Shown: piece after piece, positions 27,560 to 36,355 of the stretch | Numbering within the stretch: the stretch's first letter is position 1 | How the letters are laid out: the number at the start of each line of letters is the position of its first letter | NCBI GenBank assembly: GCA_963719945.1 | Contig: CAVRDX010000001.1 | Coordinates: forward strand, 352,001-416,000 | Length of the DNA: 64,000 bases | Direction: 5' to 3' | DNA from: an uncultured Thermoplasmata archaeon | GTDB lineage: Archaea; Thermoplasmatota; Thermoplasmata; UBA10834 | Translations under genes and position numbers: made by a program | The notes under the pieces: generated by a model | Told to the model about the DNA's origin: nothing | The model's database searches: none | The model's input: the letters and a program-made list of their open reading frames with translations, nothing else

Positions 27560-28600
27560 ATGCTCGATTCCGTCAAGAATATCCGCGCTATCGATCGAAA
27601 GGGCATGGCGTCCCTGATCGAAAAGATGCCTGACCATCTTTCCGAAGGTTTGAGGCGCGGGCGCAGGACAGGGCTTTCCAAATTCACTCCCAAGAACATA
27701 TTGATCTGTGGTATGGGTGGTTCAGCAATAGGTGGTGACCTTCTAAAGGCGTGGCTTATCGATTCGTGTGCGATTCCATGCGATGTAATCAGGTCCTATG
27801 CAGTTCCGAGCTACATCAGCAAGGATTCGCTTGTGATCACTGCAAGCTACTCGGGTAACACGGAGGAGACTCTGTCCATGCTCGAAGATGCGAGGAGGAG
27901 GAGAGCCAAGATAGTCTCCATCTCTTCTGGCGGCAAATTGGCTGAGGTCTCATCTACCTCTTCGATACCGCACGCGAGGATACCCACTGGCCTGCCTCCG
28001 AGAGCGACCATCGGGTTCATGTTCGGAGCGATGGTCGGCGTTGTTGAGCGGGTAGGGGCGGCAAAACCGGATAAGCAGGTCGAAGAGTCGCTTCGCGTCC
28101 TTGCCAAGATCAATGAGCTGTGTGGTCCCGCGGTGTCCACTCTTGATAACCCTGCCAAGAAGCTTGCACATGAGATGTTTGGCCGAGTACCCGTCATTGT
28201 AGGACAGGGCGTCGCTGCTCCGGTCGCCAAGAGGTGGGCCAACCAGCTCAATGAGAACGCAAAGTGTCTCGCATTCTCATCAGAATTGCCTGAAATGGAC
28301 CACAACGAGATCGTTGGGTACTCATCTGACCCTCGAGGAAAGGGTTTCTCAATCGTATTCTTGGATAAGAGCGCCAACGAAGAGCGGATGGCCGACAGGA
28401 TCGAGGCGACGATAGACATCGTGCGTTGCCATGCGCAGGTTCATTCCGTCGAGAGCTTGGGAAACAGTCCGATGGCAAAGATGCTCTCTCTTGTCATGCT
28501 CGGGGATTATGTGAGTGTGTACACGGCGATCCTCAACAAGGTCGACCCTTCCACCACTGAACCTATAGAACGCCTCAAATCGATTCTATCAAAAAAGTGA
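27560..28600 (+). CDS. Bifunctional phosphoglucose/phosphomannose isomerase
   Basis: GMGGSAIGG, SYSGNTEET, QLNENAK, PEMDHNEI. Confidence 0.93.
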   Translation: MLDSVKNIRAIDRKGMASLIEKMPDHLSEGLRRGRRTGLSKFTPKNILICGMGGSAIGGDLLKAWLIDSCAIPCDVIRSYAVPSYISKDSLVITASYSGNTEETLSMLEDARRRRAKIVSISSGGKLAEVSSTSSIPHARIPTGLPPRATIGFMFGAMVGVVERVGAAKPDKQVEESLRVLAKINELCGPAVSTLDNPAKKLAHEMFGRVPVIVGQGVAAPVAKRWANQLNENAKCLAFSSELPEMDHNEIVGYSSDPRGKGFSIVFLDKSANEERMADRIEATIDIVRCHAQVHSVESLGNSPMAKMLSLVMLGDYVSVYTAILNKVDPSTTEPIERLKSILSKK

Positions 28601-28644
28601 GCATGATGGCTCTGCAGTTGTTCATATTCTCTGCTTGTTGTTTT

Positions 28645-28788
28645 AAAAAAGTGATGTGAGGGGACTGTCCCCCCTCAAGGTGCCCATGCATGCCTTCCGA
28701 AGGCAAGCCCTTCCTTTCCCTCTTTCTGAAGTGTGAGGCCTCAGGATATTCCCTGCCTCTTTCCAAGGCTTCCGTTCCCCACTTGGAA
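28645..28788 (-). other. Structured 3' UTR or candidate ncRNA ending in a hairpin plus U-tract
   Basis: Stems TTCCAAG/CTTGGAA, TGCCTT/AAGGCA and TGAGGGG/CCCCTCA, followed by T6. Confidence 0.4.
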
Positions 28789-28790
28789 CA

Positions 28791-29192
28791 TTATCGATTA
28801 CGCATCTTGTCTGCAGTACGACCCATCCCTTTTTTCGTACTGCGTTCGTCCATCGCCTCTGTGATCTTCTGGCGTAGGCGTTCCCTGCCCTCGAGATAGT
28901 ATTGCTTCCTATCATCGACCCATCCGGCAAGGGCGGTCGTGACTGCCTGCGATATGTCAGTCGCATCCCCACTGGCAATGAACATCTCGACGTCCTCGGC
29001 GAGTGCCGAAGGGACAATCGCAGTGACCTTCTCGGAGTTCCATGTAACTGCTTCGTCGTGAAGGTATGCTGAGATTGCCTCTCTAACTACATCTGAGACG
29101 CTCTGCAGGCCCGTCCGCTCTCTGATTGCCTCTAGTTCCCTAAGATCATCATCGGGCACTCGGACATTGATGCGCGCAGTCTTCGTAGTCAT
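28791..29192 (-). CDS. Ribbon-helix-helix (CopG family) protein, apparently with tandem RHH
   Basis: RINVRVP...SVSDVVREAI and a second KVTAIVP...DISQAVTTAL repeat. Confidence 0.8.
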   Translation of the reverse strand: MTTKTARINVRVPDDDLRELEAIRERTGLQSVSDVVREAISAYLHDEAVTWNSEKVTAIVPSALAEDVEMFIASGDATDISQAVTTALAGWVDDRKQYYLEGRERLRQKITEAMDERSTKKGMGRTADKMRNR

Positions 29193-29207
29193 TGTAACTC
29201 GGAGCCT

Positions 29208-29237
29208 TGTACGACAGATTGTCGCACAGTATATAAA
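29208..29237 (-). promoter_or_regulatory. TATA box (TTTATATA) with adjacent palindromic operator upstream of the RHH gene
   Basis: TGTACGACA-GAT-TGTCGCACA (8/9 inverted repeat, 29208-29228) directly downstream of the TATA at 29230-29237. Confidence 0.6.
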
Positions 29238-29430
29238 TACATATCTGGTAAAAATGGTACCTTCGTTTCCACTGTTTCGAGTGGAACTTCAAGAACCTGC
29301 AAAGATCAATCCGATTTGCCAACGTCAGAATGTTTGATAGCGCTCTTGCCGAGTTTGACAACATTTCCGTAGGAACTAGTCTATTTTCTGGGTGCATAAT
29401 TTTTTAATCTACGATTGTTTCCCTGACTTC

Positions 29431-30726
29431 GTGCCTTCACCAAGAGAGATTGCGCAGTCGATAAGGGTCATCACTCGCAAACACAATCAATGGTTCAAAG
29501 ATTCGATCCCGCTGATCGCGTCCGAGAATGTTATGAGTCCAGCCGCAAGGGAAGTAATGAATTCTGACCTGCACAATAGATATGCGGAAGGACTGCCAGG
29601 GAAGCGATACTATCAGGGCAACATATTCGTGGACGAGATAGAGGTGATCTGCGAGGACCTCGCCAAGGAGGTCTTCGGATGCAGGTTCGCGGATGTCCGG
29701 CCCACATCCGGCACCGTATCGAACCTCGCCGTCCTCATGGCCATTGCCAAGCCCCGTGACAAGATGACGACTGTGGCCCTCTCCGATGGGGGTCATATCT
29801 CACATGCCAAGATCGGTGCGACTGGTCTTCGTGGCGTTAAGACATTCAACTATCCGTTCGATGAAAAGTCGATGAACATCGATGTTGCAGGGGCCAAGAA
29901 GCTCATACGTGAGGTCAAACCGAGGGTGGCTCTATTCGGCCAGTCCGTCTACCTTTTCCCGACACCCCTTGATGATCTGAGAGATGTCATCGAGGAGGTT
30001 GGCTGCACTACATGGTACGATGCTGCCCACGTTCTCGGTCTCATAGCCTCCAAGAGGTTCCAGGACCCGATGAGGCAAGGAATCGATGTCGTGTCTGGAA
30101 GCACTCACAAGACACTCCCTGGCCCACAGCATGGGATGATACTATCCGATTCAGGAAAGGCTGGGTTGGAATCATCCCTCAGACGGGGCGTTTTTCCTGG
30201 GGTGACCAGCAACCACCACTTGCAGTCAGTCGCAGCTCTTGCAATCACTCTTGCGGAGACCAAGGAGTTCGGCGAAGCATACGCGGATCAGACGATACGT
30301 AACGCGAAAGCTCTTGCGCAATCGCTACACACCCGTGGAATGGATGTGCTCTGCGAGCACCTGGGATTCACGGAATCGCACACATTAGTGCTAGATGTTG
30401 AGGAGTTCCATGGCGGTGCAAAGGTCGCGAAAGCATTGGAGCAGGCCAACATCATAGCCAATAAGAATCTCCTGCCCTGGGATTCCGATCCTGTGAGGCC
30501 ATCTGGCATTCGTCTGGGATCACAGGAGGTCACCCGAATCGGCATGAAGGAGAAGGATATGGATATCATCGCAGAGCTGATACACAAAATTGCGGCAAAA
30601 GGCGCTGATCCAGGATCCGTCCGGAATGAAGTTGTCGAATTCAAGAAGGATTTCACCAAGGTCCACTACTGCTACTTCGAGGGGGAAGAGGCATATGACT
30701 ATCCCTCATATGACGGGGACCTCTGA
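29431..30726 (+). CDS. glyA: Serine hydroxymethyltransferase
   Basis: LIASEN, RYAEGLPGKRYYQG, GGHISH, STHKTLPGP, SGIRLG; GTG start inferred. Confidence 0.96.
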   Translation: MPSPREIAQSIRVITRKHNQWFKDSIPLIASENVMSPAAREVMNSDLHNRYAEGLPGKRYYQGNIFVDEIEVICEDLAKEVFGCRFADVRPTSGTVSNLAVLMAIAKPRDKMTTVALSDGGHISHAKIGATGLRGVKTFNYPFDEKSMNIDVAGAKKLIREVKPRVALFGQSVYLFPTPLDDLRDVIEEVGCTTWYDAAHVLGLIASKRFQDPMRQGIDVVSGSTHKTLPGPQHGMILSDSGKAGLESSLRRGVFPGVTSNHHLQSVAALAITLAETKEFGEAYADQTIRNAKALAQSLHTRGMDVLCEHLGFTESHTLVLDVEEFHGGAKVAKALEQANIIANKNLLPWDSDPVRPSGIRLGSQEVTRIGMKEKDMDIIAELIHKIAAKGADPGSVRNEVVEFKKDFTKVHYCYFEGEEAYDYPSYDGDL

Positions 30727-30799
30727 TCAGGCCCCATTTCCGATAAGGATGACTCTAAGTTTATTATCGCTCAGCTGTATCACTGAACTCTGATTAGGG

Positions 30800-31585
30800 A
30801 TGGCAACTAGAATTCGCGTGATACAAGTGGCCATCGCGGCCGTCAACATTCTGATATTCGCATTAGCGTTCACCAGCATATGGCCTTTTCCGAGTGGGGA
30901 TTTCAAGCTCAACCTGCCAGAGTCAGAGGATGTTGAATGGTCCATCGAAGATGGGTTCGTCTACGTATCGGCGCCATATTCCATAGACAACGGTGGGTTC
31001 TATGATGTGAGCGACCTTCAGATTTCGTATGAGGTGACCAACTATACCTCCGCCCTGGTTCATTCTGACACCATCAACATCGGGACGATCTCCGCAGGGG
31101 CCGTGACTTCTGATACGATCGAGTTCTCTTTTCCGCTCAATGATTTCCATAATGCGAGTGTTGTATGGCTGATCTTCAATGACGATTTCCTCAACTTCGC
31201 ACTCGAAGTGTCCTGTTATTACACGATGAAGCTGGTCCATTTCTATGCTGAGTACTCGGTGAGCGTTCCATGGGATGCGCTGATACAGGACATCGGAATT
31301 GACGAGGTCTGGACCGACGGTGCACAGCTCCAAGTGGCCTACCATGCGACCACATCTATGATATTGCATACGCTGGGAAGTACCACTATCATAGCCACCT
31401 TTTACAATGGTAGCTCGTTCCTGGCGCAAGACTCGGATATATTGGTCCTTGGAGAGGCCTATACGGGAACGTTCTCATTCGACCTTCCGTTCAGCTCCAT
31501 CCCAGACCGTATTGTGCTCGAAACCACAATTGTAGGATACCATTTCGTGGAGACAGTTCCATTCGATTCGGGGTGGTTGACTTGA
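30800..31585 (+). CDS. Hypothetical membrane-anchored protein
   Basis: N-terminal hydrophobic helix and a beta-rich acidic domain. Confidence 0.7.
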   Translation: MATRIRVIQVAIAAVNILIFALAFTSIWPFPSGDFKLNLPESEDVEWSIEDGFVYVSAPYSIDNGGFYDVSDLQISYEVTNYTSALVHSDTINIGTISAGAVTSDTIEFSFPLNDFHNASVVWLIFNDDFLNFALEVSCYYTMKLVHFYAEYSVSVPWDALIQDIGIDEVWTDGAQLQVAYHATTSMILHTLGSTTIIATFYNGSSFLAQDSDILVLGEAYTGTFSFDLPFSSIPDRIVLETTIVGYHFVETVPFDSGWLT

Positions 31586-31598
31586 CGGGGGTATCTCC

Positions 31599-32321
31599 AT
31601 GACCCGCAAGAACAGGGTCTCCGATGCAGTGTGGACTGCATTCACAGAGGCGCTCAGATTCGTCATCGTACCCCTCATCCTGGTGGACCTGGTGACGAGC
31701 AATTATCCTCAATTGACCACCGTATTCATGGCGGACATTGAGATGTTGGTCGTGTTCTTCGGCGGGATGATTGTCGCATCGAGCACCCTTGAAGCGGTCC
31801 ATCGCCCTGGTACTTACAAGCGCATGCTGTTCGGCATCACCGCGTTGGTCTTTGTGGGTCTATGGCTATTCATGATCTTCGGTGGCGGCATCGCGCAGTT
31901 CTATTTCGGTCCTTACTTCGTCGAGTTCGATATGACGAAGATTGTGTACATCGTACTCTTCGGTCTATCGTTGAAGAGCCTGCTGATAGTGATGACGTTT
32001 ACCTCCAGCAGGAAGTCGGAGATCGAACGCTCCAGGAAGCAGAGAGTCGAACGGGCGAAGAAACGGCAGGATGAGATGGCGACGCATGCCCGTGCGGTCA
32101 AGAAGGCTACCGTGGCACCGCAACATGGACCTTTCGAAAGCCTCATTCGGGAGGAGTTCGATGTCACTGCAGATGATGAGGTCGGTTACACGTCCGCTCC
32201 GCATCTCAAAGACTTGCCAAAGGGGATGAAGATGTGCGAGATATGTGGTGCACAGGCACCGGATAAGGATTATGTCTGCAAGAACTGTGGCGCCTGGTTC
32301 CCCAGAGAAACGGTTACATAG
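31599..32321 (+). CDS. Hypothetical membrane protein with C-terminal zinc ribbon
   Basis: Four TM helices, charged linker, CEICG...CKNCG. Confidence 0.72.
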   Translation: MTRKNRVSDAVWTAFTEALRFVIVPLILVDLVTSNYPQLTTVFMADIEMLVVFFGGMIVASSTLEAVHRPGTYKRMLFGITALVFVGLWLFMIFGGGIAQFYFGPYFVEFDMTKIVYIVLFGLSLKSLLIVMTFTSSRKSEIERSRKQRVERAKKRQDEMATHARAVKKATVAPQHGPFESLIREEFDVTADDEVGYTSAPHLKDLPKGMKMCEICGAQAPDKDYVCKNCGAWFPRETVT

Positions 32322-33234
32322 TCGCGTGCTTCATCTTCTCGATGAGATCGCACGCCTTACATCTTTCAGCGATCGTCGGTTCACCGCACGCACACATCTT
32401 CAGCGTGGCGGGCCCAAACGCCGTTTCCAGAGCAGGGATTATCTGTTCATAACTTTTCAATATCGAATGCCTCGTCCCTGGGAACTGGTCTTCCAGCTCG
32501 CCTACGACCGTTCGATAGGAGTTGCGAAGCGCTTCGGGAGCATATGGGCACTCCAGATCGTGAAATTCTATCTCATTTATCATTGCATACAGCATCGACT
32601 CATTCTCGGGTATTGTGCGCAATGGTTGAATGCGAGGAACGAGCCCCGTCTGCTTTCTTTTATGTGGGCCGAGCCTAGCTAATCTCTCCACATCTCCTCT
32701 TGAGAAATTCATCAGAATTGATTGGGCTGTATCATCTAGGTTGAGTCCAGTCGCGAGATGGGTCGCCATCCATCCGCGCGCAGCTCGATTCATCGCGTTC
32801 CTCCTGAGAACCCCGCAGTAGCTGCATGCTGAGAGTCTGCGATCACGGCATGCGATGTCGTCCATTGTGATTCCGAATAGCTCCTCGAATGAAACCACTA
32901 TGTGCTCTACTCCAAGATCATCACATTGTCTCTTCACGATTGGGATCGATGAATCACGATACCCTCGTATTCCCTCATCGATCGTTATCGCCGCGATATC
33001 CAGGTCCTTTCTCACTCCCAATATCTTGGATATCATGTGCAGGGCCAAGCTGCTGTCCTTTCCCCCTGAGACTGCAACTGCAATCCTCTCTCCTCCTCTA
33101 ATGTGGAGCTGTTGTCTTATCTCATGTTTGACTCGCTTGTCCACGAACTCGCAAAAGTGATTCTTGCAGAGATGCGCGCCGCTGTATCTGATCAATATTG
33201 CTGCCCTCTTCCGGCACTTGTCGCAATCGGTCAC
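32314..33234 (-). CDS. ttuA: tRNA 2-thiolation enzyme TtuA/NcsA (TIGR00269 family)
   Basis: CDKC...HLCKNHF, SGGKDS, CSYCGVLRR, TGLNLDD, ECPY, C-terminal Zn finger; GTG start inferred. Confidence 0.88.
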   Translation of the reverse strand: MTDCDKCRKRAAILIRYSGAHLCKNHFCEFVDKRVKHEIRQQLHIRGGERIAVAVSGGKDSSLALHMISKILGVRKDLDIAAITIDEGIRGYRDSSIPIVKRQCDDLGVEHIVVSFEELFGITMDDIACRDRRLSACSYCGVLRRNAMNRAARGWMATHLATGLNLDDTAQSILMNFSRGDVERLARLGPHKRKQTGLVPRIQPLRTIPENESMLYAMINEIEFHDLECPYAPEALRNSYRTVVGELEDQFPGTRHSILKSYEQIIPALETAFGPATLKMCACGEPTIAERCKACDLIEKMKHATM

Positions 33235-33329
33235 TGGCTTCTGATTCGGGAGCCTACTATTTATTGGTTGTTTCTCCATCCTCTGCATAGTTATTAGTAA
33301 GGTAATCGCATACGAGAGTGAGAGCGAAT

Positions 33330-34292
33330 ATGCAGGACGTCTGGGTAGAGAAGTACAGGCCAAAGAAACTCGCCGACGTGATCGGTCAGAAGATCATCGT
33401 CGAACGACTCTCTGCGTACGTGAAGACTGTCAGCATGCCACACATGCTTTTCGCTGGTCCTGCGGGTTGTGGGAAGACTACCTGTTCGATTGCTCTCGCT
33501 CGAGAACTGTATGGCGACCAATGGAAAGGCAATTTCCTCGAACTCAACGCCTCTGATGAACGAGGCATCGATATCGTCCGAGGTAAGATCAAGGACTTTG
33601 CCAGGGCTGCTTCGATGGGGCAGAATGATTTCAAAATCATCTTCCTGGATGAGGCTGATTCTCTCACTGGTGATGCCCAGGCTGCTCTCAGGCGTACGAT
33701 GGAGCGCTATACTCAGACCTGCAGATTCATTCTGTCATGCAACTACTCCTCCAAGATTATTGAGCCGATCCAATCGAGATGCGCCGTCTTCAGATTCAGA
33801 CCTCTCAGCGAATCGGATGTGAGGACGTGTGTGGAGAGGATATCGAAGGTCGAGGGTATCGAGGTCTCGGAGGAAGGCTTCCTCGCGATTGCCCAGCTTG
33901 CAGCGGGGGATCTGCGTAAGGCTACCAACATCCTGCAGGTCGCATCATCAATGGGCGGCAAGGTGGATGCGGAAACGGTTTTCGAATCGACTGAAAACAT
34001 ACGACCTTCGGAGATCCAGGAGCTTCTGACGACAGCTCTCAAGGGAAACTTCATGGCCGCGAGGACCAAGCTCGATGACATGATTGTCATTCATGGTCTC
34101 TCCGGAGAGGACATCGTGAAGGCAATTCACAGGGCGGTTCTCGATTTACCAGTAAACGAGGATGTGAAGATACGATTGATCGACCGGGTCGGCGAGGCGG
34201 AGTTCAGAATGGTTTCCGGGTCCAGCGAGAGGATACAGCTGGAGGCGCTGCTTGCGCATTTCGCCTACGAAGGCAAGAATGGCAAACCATGA
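33330..34292 (+). CDS. rfcS: Replication factor C small subunit
   Basis: WVEKYRP, GPAGCGKT, ELNASDERG, DEAD, IQSRC. Confidence 0.97.
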   Translation: MQDVWVEKYRPKKLADVIGQKIIVERLSAYVKTVSMPHMLFAGPAGCGKTTCSIALARELYGDQWKGNFLELNASDERGIDIVRGKIKDFARAASMGQNDFKIIFLDEADSLTGDAQAALRRTMERYTQTCRFILSCNYSSKIIEPIQSRCAVFRFRPLSESDVRTCVERISKVEGIEVSEEGFLAIAQLAAGDLRKATNILQVASSMGGKVDAETVFESTENIRPSEIQELLTTALKGNFMAARTKLDDMIVIHGLSGEDIVKAIHRAVLDLPVNEDVKIRLIDRVGEAEFRMVSGSSERIQLEALLAHFAYEGKNGKP

Positions 34293-34361
34293 TGACCTGG
34301 CATTGACGCTGCTGCACAAGAGTTATATACAGTCTGCATGTTTGAGGCCGAGAGGGCTGTC

Positions 34362-34511
34362 ATGGCAAGATTCCCTGAAGCAGAGGCGAGGAACCTCGTT
34401 AAGAAGATCTGCATGAATTGCAACGCAAGGAACGCAATACGTGCAACAAGATGCAGAAAGTGTAAATACACTGGTCTGAGAATCAAGACCAGGGAAGCAA
34501 AGAAGGCCTAG
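34362..34511 (+). CDS. rpl40e: 50S ribosomal protein L40e
   Basis: Manual translation [49 protein letters not shown]; not in the ORF track. Confidence 0.95.
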   Translation: MARFPEAEARNLVKKICMNCNARNAIRATRCRKCKYTGLRIKTREAKKA

Positions 34512-34609
34512 GCCCTGGGAAATCATTTCTTGTTTTCGTTCTTCTATCTCATACTGGATAGGCTATTCCTTTTTTAGCAATCAATAGCATCTCTGCCATC
34601 AGTAGAGAG

Positions 34610-34697
34610 AAAAAAGGGTGGAGGGGACTCCACCGCAGTTGGGCATCACCCCTTGGTTACACCTCTCCTCTTCCTCAAAAGAGCGAACCAATAGGCT
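34610..34697 (-). ncRNA. Candidate small RNA (about 90 nt)
   Basis: Minus-strand GATAAAGGTTATA promoter-like box (~34723-34735), stem TTGGTT/AACCAA, terminal hairpin GGTGGAG/CTCCACC plus T6; no credible ORF. Confidence 0.4.
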
Positions 34698-34838
34698 GAG
34701 TACTGTATGCTCATTAATGGTCTATAACCTTTATCCTTGGCTGAAAAATATGTTTCACCTTTATGCCATGATTGTCGCATCAACCGTAGCAATTGTATCA
34801 TTAGAATCTTTTTATTTGAATTATGCCAATCTAGGTCT

Positions 34839-35900
34839 ATGTGGCGTTTCCTCCAATCCGAGATGTTGGTCATTCTGGGTATGACCGAGGATGCGTGCAG
34901 GACCGATTCTGAGATTGCAGACCTGTACGGCATGAATAAGGGCACTGTCGCATCCGTTCGCAGGCGGATGCTCGATGCTGGCGCCATCTATTACGCTAAC
35001 GTGCCCGCCTTCAACAAACTCGGATGTGAGATGGTATGCTTTCACATGGGCGCCACGGATCCCGGCGTGCCTTCTGACCTTAAAGCCGGTCATTATATGG
35101 ACTTCTGCGAGTCAGCCCCTCAGACGTTCTTCTCCATGATCGGAGGGGGGAATGTAGTATTCTACACCGCTCTATGCGACGCGACTGAATTGGAGGGGTT
35201 CATCCAAGAACACAACAGCTTCTTCACCGGTCAACGTAGGTCGTCCAAGGCGAAGCTTGACACAGTGATGTTTCCGTATCGCATGTCGCGAGGGACCTAT
35301 ACGACCAACTTCGCTCCGACCGTCCACCGCTTCTTCCAGCTGGAAGTGCCTCCGCCGAAGTCTGAGGTTGCGAAGCATCACGATGTGACATCTCCCGATC
35401 TTTCGGATACTGAGAAGAGGACTCTAATCGCGATGGTGGAGAATCCCAATGCTTCGGACAGAGAAATGGCAGGGAAGGTCAAGCTGTCTCGGCAGGCGGT
35501 CACACGGATAAGGAACAAGCTATACGATGAAGGATATGTAACGAAAGTCTGCGTGCCCCGCTTGTACAAGTGGGGTTTCGAAATCTATGCCGTGACCTTT
35601 TCCAAATTCTCGATGGAGGTCACGTGGGATTCTCGGGTAAAGGCCCAACCCAAAGAGCCAATCGACTTGTCCTTCTTCACATTATCCAAGGCTGATGAGA
35701 GCGTCACCAACCATATGATTTCTAGATATCAGGAATATGCGGAGAATCTGGAGGATATACTAGCATGGTACCACAAATCTCGGATCTTCGACGAGAGCCC
35801 GCGAATCAATGTCTTTTCTCTCGAGCGCTGCACCGAGCTCAGAACATTTGATTTTGCCCCCGCGGTCAAACACCTCCTGAGCACAAAGCAAAAACGCTGA
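34839..35900 (+). CDS. Transcriptional regulator with two AsnC-like HTH domains
   Basis: TDSEIADLYGMNKGTVASVRRRM and SDREMAGKVKLSRQAVTRIRNKL. TTTTTATT box about 23 nt upstream suggests a leaderless mRNA. Confidence 0.78.
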   Translation: MWRFLQSEMLVILGMTEDACRTDSEIADLYGMNKGTVASVRRRMLDAGAIYYANVPAFNKLGCEMVCFHMGATDPGVPSDLKAGHYMDFCESAPQTFFSMIGGGNVVFYTALCDATELEGFIQEHNSFFTGQRRSSKAKLDTVMFPYRMSRGTYTTNFAPTVHRFFQLEVPPPKSEVAKHHDVTSPDLSDTEKRTLIAMVENPNASDREMAGKVKLSRQAVTRIRNKLYDEGYVTKVCVPRLYKWGFEIYAVTFSKFSMEVTWDSRVKAQPKEPIDLSFFTLSKADESVTNHMISRYQEYAENLEDILAWYHKSRIFDESPRINVFSLERCTELRTFDFAPAVKHLLSTKQKR

Positions 35901-35956
35901 CCTCCTGAACAATTTGTAAATATGCGACCTGACCATTCATTCCTTGGTGGTATCCT

Positions 35957-36346
35957 TTGAAAACAACTCCTCAGATGACTGCCAAGTGGGCAAAAGGCGC
36001 GTTCCTGGCATTCTTGGGAATCATACTGTTGCTCTACTCGAGCAATTTCGTAAAGGAACTGGAAGCTAATGCGTCTGATGAATGGAACCTTTCGTTCGAT
36101 TGGACTTGGGATCTCCTCAGCTGGATTCTCTGGATACTAGTCGCCTGGCTGTTCGTAGATGCAGCGTTGACGATTGCCCTCAGCTTCAAGATGGACTATC
36201 ATACGATCAGTGATGTCATGGCACGGCTCGATAAGATCGAGGAACAGATCTCACAGATCGATCGTCCGGATTCATCGGGATCTTCGAATCTGGACGATTC
36301 TAATCCGCAGAAGGACCATGAAGACGAGCCTCCTCCCCCGATATGA
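35957..36346 (+). CDS. Hypothetical membrane protein
   Basis: Two TM helices and an acidic/Pro tail; GGTGG SD. Confidence 0.65.
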   Translation: MKTTPQMTAKWAKGAFLAFLGIILLLYSSNFVKELEANASDEWNLSFDWTWDLLSWILWILVAWLFVDAALTIALSFKMDYHTISDVMARLDKIEEQISQIDRPDSSGSSNLDDSNPQKDHEDEPPPPI

Positions 36347-36355
36347 ATCGGGGTA

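Noticed and set aside
33330-34292. Inteins in RFC-S (also checked in TopA and the Lon-like ATPase)
   Set aside because: Protein lengths are normal, motifs are contiguous, and no splice-junction signatures were seen
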